DNA of 64,000 nucleotides, from positions 35,682 through 99,681 of the IMG/VR virus record IMGVR_UViG_3300043410_001024; one strand, written 5' to 3'. The position numbers and the translations under genes are program-made. This stretch comes from a virus. Below, piece by piece: positions 47,823 through 57,115 of the stretch (position 1 is the stretch's first letter; every line of letters begins with the position of its first letter). Under the pieces are notes generated by a model, which was given only the letters and a program-made list of their open reading frames with translations, made no database searches and had not been told where the DNA came from.

Positions 47823-49601
47823 TTATTCAGATATTTCTAAATCAACCGCGTATTCAGTAAATCCATTTTCTTTCACCACCCTAAGAACATTATTAACACG
47901 ACCAACAAGTTCTTCTTTATGACTGATTAGGAATACGTTTTTCTTACGTTCTCTGGCGATTTGTTTAAGAATCGATAATGCATTTTCAACGCCACTTGCA
48001 TCCAACCCGTTATCAATCAATTCGTCGATAAACAATAGATTAGTGGTGTTGTATAAACTTTCCCATACATCACGGAATGCCCACGACAATCCTAGAATTA
48101 GTCTATTACGTTCACCACGCGAAAGATTATCAAAGTCCAAATCTTGCCCCAATTGCGTAATTTCAACTGATAAATCATTTTGGAATACGACTGTATGTGG
48201 TAAACCCATTTTGTACAAATAATGGGATAATCTGCTATTCAAATACGATAGATTTTGGTTAATAATTGTTTTTCTAATAAAACTATCTTTATTTGTTAGT
48301 AATTTTAATAAAAATTCTTGGTGTTCTTTATATGAGGTTAATTCATTAATCACGGACCAATCTATTTCTTGAATAGCGGTACTTTGTAATTCTGTAATTT
48401 GTTCCGCATATGGGTCATTTTCATCAGCTTTTGATGTCAATTGGAATTCCAGGTTTTGTAATGAATTCTGGTGCGTTAATGCTTCCTCTAACGTATCATA
48501 ATAAGTGTCGGGTCTTACTTGATTTGTTCCAATACTTTCTAATTCATCACAAATTTTATTGTAATCCACCGATACGTTATCAAAGTATTTTTGTGATTCG
48601 GCTAAATGGGTACTAGCATCTTTGAGCAATTGTTCATGTTTGTGGTCATGAAGTTCTTGATCACACGCATGACATTTTTTATTACTTAATGATTCAAGTT
48701 CTTTAATATATTTGTCACGAGTTTTTACCGCTTGGGATATTGCGGATTCCAATGTTGCCTTTTCTTTATTAAGGCTTGTTACTTTAGCACGGCAATCCAA
48801 GTATTCTTTTAATAAACCATGGTTAGCTAATTCAGTTTCAATATTGACATTTTGTAATTCAACGATAGAGTTTGCAATTTTAACCATATTGTCATTTTTT
48901 TGCGACAACCAAAGTTTTTGCCGCATTACTAGTGTATCAATACTTTGTTGAATTTTGTCATTTGCCTTTCTTGTTGCTTCAATATTGGCATTTTCTTGAA
49001 CTAGTGCGTCTTTAGTTTGTTTAAGTTGTTTACTTAATGCCTCGGCTTTTTCACTTAATAAAGTGATACCCAATAATTGTTCAATTACAACTCGTTGATC
49101 CCCAGCTTTCATTGCTAAGAATGGTTCGGTATATGTGTTTAGTGCCAAAATGTGTTTGAACATCTCGTGACTAAACCCAAGCAATGTGGTAATGTCAGCT
49201 TGAGTATCCCTGGATTCACCTTGGCTATCACTTTCGTTAACTTTGTCTGGATTTGTGATATTAATAAAATTAAAGATAGCGGGTTTTCGGCCACGTTCAA
49301 TTTTATATTCCGTGTTATCTATTGAAAATGACAACGTGACCAACATATTTTTATTATTAATTTTGTTTATAAGATTGTCTTTCTTTATGTTGGTGAGTGC
49401 CACCCCAAATAATGCGAAACTAAGAGCATTGACTATGGTTGTTTTGCCAGTACCATTTCGATTGCCGCTGTCATCACCACCTTGGTCTAGGTTAGTACCT
49501 AAAACCAATGTTAGATGTTCTTTGTTGAAATCGACAGCTTGGGTTTGATTACCAACTGACATAAAGTTTTTTACTGTTAGTTCCTTAAATGTTATTTTCA
49601 T
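47823..49601 (-). CDS. gp46: Recombination ATPase, Rad50/SbcC-like (T4 gp46)
   Basis: Walker A NGTGKTT, zinc hook CHAC, signature LSRGE, Walker B/D-loop LFIDELIDNGLD, ISH. Confidence 0.95.
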   Translation of the reverse strand: MKITFKELTVKNFMSVGNQTQAVDFNKEHLTLVLGTNLDQGGDDSGNRNGTGKTTIVNALSFALFGVALTNIKKDNLINKINNKNMLVTLSFSIDNTEYKIERGRKPAIFNFINITNPDKVNESDSQGESRDTQADITTLLGFSHEMFKHILALNTYTEPFLAMKAGDQRVVIEQLLGITLLSEKAEALSKQLKQTKDALVQENANIEATRKANDKIQQSIDTLVMRQKLWLSQKNDNMVKIANSIVELQNVNIETELANHGLLKEYLDCRAKVTSLNKEKATLESAISQAVKTRDKYIKELESLSNKKCHACDQELHDHKHEQLLKDASTHLAESQKYFDNVSVDYNKICDELESIGTNQVRPDTYYDTLEEALTHQNSLQNLEFQLTSKADENDPYAEQITELQSTAIQEIDWSVINELTSYKEHQEFLLKLLTNKDSFIRKTIINQNLSYLNSRLSHYLYKMGLPHTVVFQNDLSVEITQLGQDLDFDNLSRGERNRLILGLSWAFRDVWESLYNTTNLLFIDELIDNGLDASGVENALSILKQIARERKKNVFLISHKEELVGRVNNVLRVVKENGFTEYAVDLEISE

Positions 49602-50611
49602 AATCCGTTATAAATTGATAGAAGGGTTGATTTGTTATAAGATTCGGATTCGATACTTACGATTTGGTTTGCTACTATTACGTCTATACTTTCAAATGCT
49701 GATGTATCAATTTCAGCAATAATTTCTGATGCTTTTTTCTCTGAAATAAGTGTTATTTCACGAAGGTTATATTGACTAATATAATTTTCTTTAATGAAAC
49801 CAGCTTCTTCAAAACTGATATCAATATCAAGGGTTACTCTAAGATGTTGATTTGGTTTAAGAATTTTGTCAGCATCATCAATCAACTGGCTCAGTTTTAC
49901 TGTACGAAATGTTGGTTGTTTATCCCACGTATGGAACGTTGGCTCACCGCCCCATTCTAACATCATCATTCCACGTTCATCATCCCACGCGTCTGCGTAG
50001 TTGTGCGGGAATGCATTGCCTAGGTAAATCATATTATTTCTACGTTGTCTTTTATGAAAATGGCCACTAAATCCCAATTCATAATTTTCAAATGCTTCTA
50101 ATGTTATAGAACCATGATCTGGCATCTGTACCATTGCATTCATAAAAAAATGTGGTAATTCAAAGTGTCCAAAGATATATTTTCCACCGCGTTTACTAAT
50201 CGATTTCCATTCATCGCCAACTAACCAAGGGCAAAGCGTAACATTTCCTATTGTGGTTGGTTTTTCGACGATAGTAATTCCTGGAATGTATTTTCCAAAT
50301 TCAGTTGAATGGATATCTCGTTTATCTTTGTAATAAAGGTCGTGATTTCCGGGAAAAAAGAAGAATTGGTCAAATGCCGCACCGAGTTTTTCTAATGACC
50401 GGATACTGGCGTCCATTGTTGTGATGTTTAGTGAGTTTCTATGATGATGCCAATCACCGCAGAAAATCCCAGTATCACATCCGGCGGCTTTAGCGGTATC
50501 AATGTACCAATCGATGAAGTCTTCGCAATCTTGATTGTGGATGCTGCTGTTGTTTTTGAGTCCAAAATGTATGTCTGTGAAGACAGCAGCTTTTTTAAAT
50601 AAATTGTGCAT
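49598..50611 (-). CDS. gp47: Recombination nuclease, Mre11/SbcD-like (T4 gp47)
   Basis: DIHFG, GDWHH, GNHD, GHFE, SGHFH metallophosphoesterase motifs. Confidence 0.95.
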   Translation of the reverse strand: MHNLFKKAAVFTDIHFGLKNNSSIHNQDCEDFIDWYIDTAKAAGCDTGIFCGDWHHHRNSLNITTMDASIRSLEKLGAAFDQFFFFPGNHDLYYKDKRDIHSTEFGKYIPGITIVEKPTTIGNVTLCPWLVGDEWKSISKRGGKYIFGHFELPHFFMNAMVQMPDHGSITLEAFENYELGFSGHFHKRQRRNNMIYLGNAFPHNYADAWDDERGMMMLEWGGEPTFHTWDKQPTFRTVKLSQLIDDADKILKPNQHLRVTLDIDISFEEAGFIKENYISQYNLREITLISEKKASEIIAEIDTSAFESIDVIVANQIVSIESESYNKSTLLSIYNGL

Positions 50612-50638
50612 TTAATAAATCCTTTTATTAAGGATTGT

Positions 50639-50667
50639 ATTATACGATATAAAGTGGGGTGTGTCAA
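50639..50667 (-). promoter_or_regulatory. Consensus sigma70 promoter TTGACA-17-TATAAT for gp47/gp46
   Basis: -35 at 50662-50667, -10 at 50639-50644. Confidence 0.85.
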
Positions 50668-50670
50668 GTA

Positions 50671-51501
50671 TTAATTGTAATCGTCTTGGCGGCGTTCGGC
50701 ATTTTCATAGTCACCAGCGTTGGTTCTGGTATAGGATGGATTAAGACCATTCATTTCTAAAATATCGTCGCGGATGTTTTGATTACGTTTTTCGATGTTG
50801 ATAACTCGACAAAACGAGTTAATCACGGTGGAGGTAAAGTAGGCGAATGGATTATCAGATTTTGATTCATCAAACTGAAGTCCAATTTGTGTGAGTTGGA
50901 GAATTGCTTGTCCGCGCATCTCGTCGTTGTATGTGTATCCTCTGACATTTCCTCTTGTGGCATATCGTTCACAGAGTTTTAGCATCATTCTTGCTAAGTT
51001 ATCAGTAATATTTCCAGCGTTTTTATCAAATTGCCCGGTTGATAAGTCACCTTTCCAGTGGCTTTTTCCAACACAGACCAATTCGTTATTTTCAGTAAAT
51101 TTCCAATGTTGAAATGGTGGGAAATTCACTTTATCATGCTTATCAGCTTCTGATTTGGGATTTTTTTTACGTACTGTATTTGCCGGGATATGGTCGTATG
51201 ACATAACCCTAAAAATTAAATTTTGTTTATCGATCTTTTTATAATCAATCTCACATTCGGATTGTTTTACTTTCTCACCAGCTAGTTTTTTTGCTGCGTA
51301 ATTAATATCACCTAATCGTTTTGCTTGATTCCTTTTTGCTTGAGCTATTGTTCTAACATTTATCTTATCTAATCCGGGTAAAATAATATCATATTGATGA
51401 TATGATGGGTCCGTAAAACTGCAATAAGATGATTTTGATCGATGAATTTCTAATAAAATATCCTTGTTGTTTAGGTAGTTTCTAGGTGCATTGGTTGTCA
51501 T
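50671..51501 (-). CDS. gp55: Late-transcription sigma factor (T4 gp55-like)
   Basis: NYLNNKD.L.EI, RGYTYNDEM, FDESKSDNPFAYFT...NSF.R.I..EKR.Q; next to gp47/gp46 as in T4-like phages. Confidence 0.85.
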   Translation of the reverse strand: MTTNAPRNYLNNKDILLEIHRSKSSYCSFTDPSYHQYDIILPGLDKINVRTIAQAKRNQAKRLGDINYAAKKLAGEKVKQSECEIDYKKIDKQNLIFRVMSYDHIPANTVRKKNPKSEADKHDKVNFPPFQHWKFTENNELVCVGKSHWKGDLSTGQFDKNAGNITDNLARMMLKLCERYATRGNVRGYTYNDEMRGQAILQLTQIGLQFDESKSDNPFAYFTSTVINSFCRVINIEKRNQNIRDDILEMNGLNPSYTRTNAGDYENAERRQDDYN

Positions 51502-51524
51502 TCTTTTTCCTTAAAGATAACTCT

Positions 51525-51553
51525 ATTATAATATATATACTTAATTTTGTCAA
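51525..51553 (-). promoter_or_regulatory. Consensus sigma70 promoter TTGACA-17-TATAAT for the gp55-like gene
   Basis: -35 at 51548-51553, -10 at 51525-51530. Confidence 0.85.
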
Positions 51554-51554
51554 C

Positions 51555-51560
51555 TAAATA
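51555..51560 (+). promoter_or_regulatory. T4-type late promoter (TAAATA) for the baseplate operon
   Basis: 19 nt upstream of ATG 51580; SD AAGGA. Confidence 0.65.
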
Positions 51561-51579
51561 GTATAAAAAGGAACAAAAA

Positions 51580-52557
51580 ATGTCAATAACAAATACGATT
51601 TCTGCTGTTGGTAATACTATTAATGCAGTTGATAATGGTGTTAATACAATGGTTAACATTGCTGATGCATTATCAAATGCATCATCTGATAATATTATGT
51701 CAATTTTGCGTGGTAGTGTAATTCCAGCAGGTGCTGAAGCGGTTGGTGACTTGGTTGGTGCTATTGCGTCGTTTACCGATGATTCAAGTGATGATTGGCG
51801 AGTAAGATTGAGTTTACCATCTTGGACTAGTTTTAAAACAAGTGCGGTATTAGGGCCATTAAAAAAAGCTGGTGGATTAGTATTCCCATATACACCAACA
51901 ATTAGTATAAACCAAACGGCAAAATACACATCGGTATCACCAATACATAGTAATTTTCAATTTAATGTATTTCAAAGTAGTGACCCAGGGAAAATAACAA
52001 TCACTGCACCGATGTATGTTGAGGATGCGGTACAAGCACAATATTGGATTGCAATGTTACATTATTTGCGTTCACTTACAAAGATGTTTTCTGGAAATGA
52101 TCCAAAAGCCGGTAATCCACCACCAATTGTATTTTTGAATGGATATGGTAATTATGTATTTAAAAATATTCCAGTAGTGGTTACTGGGTTTGATGTTCAA
52201 TTGGGTAACGAATGTGATTACATTGGTTGTAGTGTTGCCGGTAGTTTGATGGGTGAAATTGGTGACATCGCTGGCGCACTTGGTGGATTAGCTGGAACGG
52301 TTGGTAATACATTTTCCGCACTTGGTGAGGTTGCCGCCCAGGTGGTTGATTTAGCGGGTGGGGTTGAAGCAGCTGCTACTGTATTAAGCGGATTTGGATT
52401 AGGTGGAACCACTAATGCGGGTACGACACACGTTCCCACTAAAAGTTCATTTACCGTTAATTTACAAACCGCATACAGTAGAGATAGTGTGCGCAAATTT
52501 AGTTTAGATACTTTTGTAACCGGTGGGTATCTGAATGGACAATATGGGTATGTATAA
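51580..52557 (+). CDS. Baseplate/tail-tube initiator-type structural protein (325 aa)
   Basis: DWRVRLS...GLVFPYTPTI...GNPPPIVFLNGYG.YVF.NIPVVV..F; first gene of the baseplate operon. Confidence 0.6.
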   Translation: MSITNTISAVGNTINAVDNGVNTMVNIADALSNASSDNIMSILRGSVIPAGAEAVGDLVGAIASFTDDSSDDWRVRLSLPSWTSFKTSAVLGPLKKAGGLVFPYTPTISINQTAKYTSVSPIHSNFQFNVFQSSDPGKITITAPMYVEDAVQAQYWIAMLHYLRSLTKMFSGNDPKAGNPPPIVFLNGYGNYVFKNIPVVVTGFDVQLGNECDYIGCSVAGSLMGEIGDIAGALGGLAGTVGNTFSALGEVAAQVVDLAGGVEAAATVLSGFGLGGTTNAGTTHVPTKSSFTVNLQTAYSRDSVRKFSLDTFVTGGYLNGQYGYV

Positions 52558-52859
52558 TGGCAGCAAGATATAGTAATAGTAGTCCGTGGTTTAGAACCAC
52601 GATAAAGCAAGATTATTTGGATATTTTATCAATTAGACCAGTTGCAGCGGCGAATGATGATTTTGTATATACAATTCAGCCACAATATAATCACCGCCCA
52701 GATTTGTTAGCATTTGATTTATATGGGGATGCTGGATTATGGTGGGTGTTCATCCAACGTAACTTAGATGTGTTGCGTGATCCAATCTTTGATTTTGTAT
52801 CTGGTACCAAAATATTTTTACCACAAGGTAGTAAATTGAAATTAGCGTTGGGGTTATAA
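52557..52859 (+). CDS. gp53: Baseplate wedge protein, gp53/LysM-like (100 aa)
   Basis: Y.HRPDLLAFDLYG...LWWVF..RN......PIFDF..G..I.LP. Confidence 0.75.
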   Translation: MAARYSNSSPWFRTTIKQDYLDILSIRPVAAANDDFVYTIQPQYNHRPDLLAFDLYGDAGLWWVFIQRNLDVLRDPIFDFVSGTKIFLPQGSKLKLALGL

Positions 52860-52860
52860 C

Positions 52861-55251
52861 ATGAATGTACTTTTTGATGCCGCAACGACGGCGGTAGAAT
52901 CTGCTGGTCATGTATTATCTGAGGTTGCCGAAGCAACCGGATTATCATCGGTTGCAAATGCAATTTCTGATACCATTTCATCGCTAGCCTCCGCGAGAGT
53001 GGATATTCCACCGATACCAATTCCATTTCCAAACCCATTACATTCATATGCCACTTATGATTATATTTTAAGCATTGGTATTTTAACAGTTGACCAGATG
53101 AATAATCCAGATACAACTTTTATGGCTGGCCAACAAATCCCACTTATCTGTAAATCAGCAAATGCTAACCCAGGTAATCGGATTGATATCCCATATGGTA
53201 GTGGAAAGTATGATTTTTTTGTTGATAATTTAGTATTAGATTCGGTAATTGGGCACACAGAAGGCGTTAATACAAATGTAACGACATTTACATTTGATAT
53301 AACTGAACCATATAGTATGGGTTTATTTGCAGTTGCTTGCCAAACGGCGGCATCAAATGCTGGATGGCCAAATTGGAGAGAAGCATGCTTTCTGTTAACA
53401 ATCCAGTTCAGAGGAAATAAAGAAGCTGGCCAGATGACCGCTATTCCTGGAACCACGCGTTATATCCCATTTAGATTTGTAACACAATCAATGGTGGTAA
53501 ATGCTGAAGGTGGAAAATATCACTGTGAATTAGTTGCATACAGCCACGAAGGTATTACGACACGAGCCGCTAATTTAAAAAATGATACCTCTATTGGTGG
53601 TACAACTGTCCAAGAAGCATTACAAACAGGTGAAAAGAGTTTACAAGCGGTTTTTAATAAACGATTACAACAATTAAAAAAAGATGGTCTTGTTGAAGAA
53701 CCAGACGAAATCGTTATTATTTTTCCGACAAATGTAGGCACAAATCCATCTAATATTTCCGCACCAGTTGAATCAGAGGACTCGTCAGGCGCGACCACCC
53801 GAACTATTGATACCGCTAATCCAGACGTATTGCAGAAATTAGGTGTTTCCAGAAGTGCTAAGAATGAAACATTAGTTCAAGCAATTGAGCAATGTAATGA
53901 TATGGGTAAGGCTAAACTTGGATTTAGTACTGACCGCCGCGCTGATGTCCCATTTGGACAAGAGAGTAAAGTGTGGGACCCAGACAAACAAGTTTGGGTG
54001 AGAATAAACAATAGTATTGATGTATCTAAAAGTGATTTTAGATTTAGACAAGATACAGATATTATGAATGCTATTAACCAAGTATTGCTGATGAGTGATT
54101 TCCCAGAAAAATCATTCGACCCAGCTAGGTTAACACCGGAAGGATATCGGCAGTGGTGGAAGATTGATGTCATGACATATGTGGTATCTAGTGATAAAAA
54201 TATGAAAACAACTGGTAAAAAACCCAGATTATTTGTGTATCGTGTAATACCTTACATGGTACATGTGAGTTCTGGCCCATTACCACCTAATTCAAAGCCA
54301 CCAGGATATGATAAGTTATATTCTCAAGTAATTAAACATTACAATTACATTTATACTGGTAAAAATACGGATGTATTGAATTTCCAGATAAAATTTGAGA
54401 ATACTTTTCAAACCATGATGTCTGCGGATGGTGTAAAAGGTTCAATGGACATTAAAACTGCTGCACAAAATGGTACAGATGTATCCACCAAGTCAAATAC
54501 GTTAAAGTTGACAGGTAATGCCCCAGATAAAGAATCAACGCCAACCCAAACCTCATACGCTGGAACCTCAACACCGTCTGACAAATTGGGTGGCGGTGGT
54601 ACAGAAAATGCAGCAACCCGTGCTGCTAGATTGTTCCACGATACTATCAATAATAGTCAGGCGGATATGACAGAATTGTCATTAGAGATATTAGGTGATC
54701 CATATTATATTACTCAAAGTGGTACCGGGAATTATACCTCAATGCCAACTCAATATATAAATTTGAATTTAGATGGCACCGCCAACTATCAAAGTGGTGA
54801 ACTTGATATTTTGGTTAAATTTAGAACACCGATTGATATAAAACAATCAACTGGTGTATATGATTTTTCTAGCCAAATCAATTCAACACCAATTATGCAG
54901 TATAGTGGGTTTTATCGAGTTTGGGGTGTTACCTCAACGTTTAAAGATGGTAAGTTTACACAGACATTACAAGGTACTCGCAGAATTCTGCAAGAATCTA
55001 AGATGCCTGAGAATAAAAATCAAACATTTAGTACATCGAACTTTCATATTACTAACGAAATCGGTGAGTTTCTCGATTCTGCAGGAAAAGTCGTTAGTGA
55101 TGTTTTCAATGATGTCACTGAGTTTTTAGGCACAGATTTGGTTAACGACATTACTGAGTTTGCTGGTGATGCAGCCACGTTTGTTGAAACAACCGGTAAA
55201 GATATTGGAAATATGGCAGCAAACATAACAAGATCCATAACAGACAAATAA
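52861..55251 (+). CDS. Baseplate hub protein (gp27/late control D-like, 796 aa)
   Basis: F.ITEPYSMG.F, Y.YIYTGKN.DVL.F.I, L.ILGDPYY, SGFYRV..V.S.F..GKFTQTL; precedes the spike gene. Confidence 0.6.
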   Translation: MNVLFDAATTAVESAGHVLSEVAEATGLSSVANAISDTISSLASARVDIPPIPIPFPNPLHSYATYDYILSIGILTVDQMNNPDTTFMAGQQIPLICKSANANPGNRIDIPYGSGKYDFFVDNLVLDSVIGHTEGVNTNVTTFTFDITEPYSMGLFAVACQTAASNAGWPNWREACFLLTIQFRGNKEAGQMTAIPGTTRYIPFRFVTQSMVVNAEGGKYHCELVAYSHEGITTRAANLKNDTSIGGTTVQEALQTGEKSLQAVFNKRLQQLKKDGLVEEPDEIVIIFPTNVGTNPSNISAPVESEDSSGATTRTIDTANPDVLQKLGVSRSAKNETLVQAIEQCNDMGKAKLGFSTDRRADVPFGQESKVWDPDKQVWVRINNSIDVSKSDFRFRQDTDIMNAINQVLLMSDFPEKSFDPARLTPEGYRQWWKIDVMTYVVSSDKNMKTTGKKPRLFVYRVIPYMVHVSSGPLPPNSKPPGYDKLYSQVIKHYNYIYTGKNTDVLNFQIKFENTFQTMMSADGVKGSMDIKTAAQNGTDVSTKSNTLKLTGNAPDKESTPTQTSYAGTSTPSDKLGGGGTENAATRAARLFHDTINNSQADMTELSLEILGDPYYITQSGTGNYTSMPTQYINLNLDGTANYQSGELDILVKFRTPIDIKQSTGVYDFSSQINSTPIMQYSGFYRVWGVTSTFKDGKFTQTLQGTRRILQESKMPENKNQTFSTSNFHITNEIGEFLDSAGKVVSDVFNDVTEFLGTDLVNDITEFAGDAATFVETTGKDIGNMAANITRSITDK

Positions 55252-55259
55252 GAGAAAAT

Positions 55260-56621
55260 ATGACAAATAGAGTAGATGAAGCAAAAACCTCCCAACCCAC
55301 ACCAACGCCTGGACCATTTTTAGCAAAAGTGGTGAGTCATTTGGACCCAACGTATATGGGTGGATTGGAAGTTGAGATATTACGACCAGTTGGGAATAAT
55401 GCATCTGAGGGACAGGTTCACCAAGTAAAATATATGAGTCCATTTTACGGTGTAACTGGCGTTGCTTATACAGCCGAAGATCCTGATGATTTCAATAATA
55501 CTCAAAAAAGTTATGGTATGTGGATGATCCCACCAGACCCAGGAACCCAGGTTGTTGTTATTTTTATAGATGGCGACCCTAAACGTGGATATTGGATAGG
55601 ATGCGTACAAGACGAAAATATGAATTTCATGATACCTGGTCTTGCAGCAACCCAATTTGCGGTTGGTGGTAAAGGTGAACGCTCGCCAGTTGCAGAATAC
55701 AATAAGAAAATTAACAGAACTGCTGGTGATACGACCCAATATAAAAAACCAAAACACCCATTTGCGACGGTACTAGAAAAACAAGGGTTAAATTTAGATG
55801 ATGTCCGTGGTACAACCACAAGTAGTGCAAGACGTGAGACCCCAAGTTCGGTATTTGGTATAAGCACGCCTGGTCCGTTAGATAAAAATTCTGGGTCAAA
55901 ACGCGGTGCAATTGGGAAAGCAGAACACGCTGTGGTAAATGCCCCGGTTAGTAGACTGGGTGGTGCAACATTTGTAATGGATGATGGCGATGATAAGTTT
56001 TTACGAAAAAAACCCGCCTCAGAAGCTGGACCAGATTACGCTTCAGTGGAACAAGGTGAAACTGGTGGAAATGTAAATATCCCACACAATGAACTAGTAC
56101 GAATTAGAACTAGAACTGGACATCAAATATTACTGCATAACAGCGAAGATTTAATTTATATCGGAAATGCGCGTGGGACCGCGTGGGTTGAATTGACTAG
56201 TAATGGAAAAATAGATGTGTATTCAGCCGATAGTATTAGTGTTTACACCGGTAATGATTTGAATATTAGTGCTGCAAGAGATATTAATTTTAATGCTGGT
56301 GGAAATATCAATATGAAATCAACCGGTTATACTAAAATTACGCCAACTGAAAACTTTGAAGTATTGGCAAAAAATACAAATATTGACGGTGGTAACATTC
56401 ATTTAAATTCAGGAAAAGCAACTAAGGCATTTGTCCCAGTTAGAGTTCCAACAGCTGAACCATGGGTCGGCCACGAAAATTTAGCACCGGACACAGTTGT
56501 CCCAGCTAAAACACGGGCGGTTGAAACGCCACCTAAAATTACACCGCCAAAACCATATAAACAACCAACAACTAAAACTGATACTTTTGCAAAGATAAAA
56601 GGGTCAGAGGGGAAGAAATAA
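55260..56621 (+). CDS. gp5: Baseplate central spike (gp5/VgrG-like OB fold + beta-helix, 453 aa)
   Basis: DPTYMG.L.V, SYGMW..PPD.G..V.V.F..GD...GYW.GC, IRTRTGHQILL, beta-helix repeats ending G..IHLNS. Confidence 0.75.
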   Translation: MTNRVDEAKTSQPTPTPGPFLAKVVSHLDPTYMGGLEVEILRPVGNNASEGQVHQVKYMSPFYGVTGVAYTAEDPDDFNNTQKSYGMWMIPPDPGTQVVVIFIDGDPKRGYWIGCVQDENMNFMIPGLAATQFAVGGKGERSPVAEYNKKINRTAGDTTQYKKPKHPFATVLEKQGLNLDDVRGTTTSSARRETPSSVFGISTPGPLDKNSGSKRGAIGKAEHAVVNAPVSRLGGATFVMDDGDDKFLRKKPASEAGPDYASVEQGETGGNVNIPHNELVRIRTRTGHQILLHNSEDLIYIGNARGTAWVELTSNGKIDVYSADSISVYTGNDLNISAARDINFNAGGNINMKSTGYTKITPTENFEVLAKNTNIDGGNIHLNSGKATKAFVPVRVPTAEPWVGHENLAPDTVVPAKTRAVETPPKITPPKPYKQPTTKTDTFAKIKGSEGKK

Positions 56622-56622
56622 A

Positions 56623-57066
56623 ATGAGTTCAAATTCAAAGCTGTATACAAAAACAGTTGTTAGTACATCAAAAAGTACGGATCAAATTAGATCCAAAATG
56701 TATAAAGGGTTTAGTACACTTAGTTCGGCGTCTGAAAATTTTAATTTATATGATTTTGATTTAATTAAACAAGATTTGTTAAATCATTTTCATGTAAGAC
56801 AAGGTGAGCGATTGATGCAGCCAACTTTTGGTACAGTTATATGGGATTTATTGTATGAACCAATGACTGAGCAAATGAAAAATATAATAGTACAAAATGT
56901 AAACAAAATCATTAACCATGACCCACGCGTGAAGCCTGAAAAGGTAACCGTTTCCGCATATGAACACGGAATTCAAATTGATTGCGTTCTAACATTTTTA
57001 CCATACAACATTTCACAACAAATGCAAATTAAATTTGACCAAGCCAACGGCATGTTAGTGCAATAA
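56623..57066 (+). CDS. gp25: Baseplate wedge subunit (T4 gp25 family)
   Basis: LIKQDLLNHF..RQGERLMQPTFGT.IWDLLYEP...DPRV. Confidence 0.9.
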   Translation: MSSNSKLYTKTVVSTSKSTDQIRSKMYKGFSTLSSASENFNLYDFDLIKQDLLNHFHVRQGERLMQPTFGTVIWDLLYEPMTEQMKNIIVQNVNKIINHDPRVKPEKVTVSAYEHGIQIDCVLTFLPYNISQQMQIKFDQANGMLVQ

Positions 57067-57089
57067 ACTATAGACATAACTTTAATCAA

Positions 57090-57095
57090 TAAATA
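57090..57095 (+). promoter_or_regulatory. T4-type late promoter (TAAATA)
   Basis: 20 nt upstream of ATG 57116; SD AGGA. Confidence 0.6.
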
Positions 57096-57115
57096 CGAGT
57101 ATTAGGATAACAATT

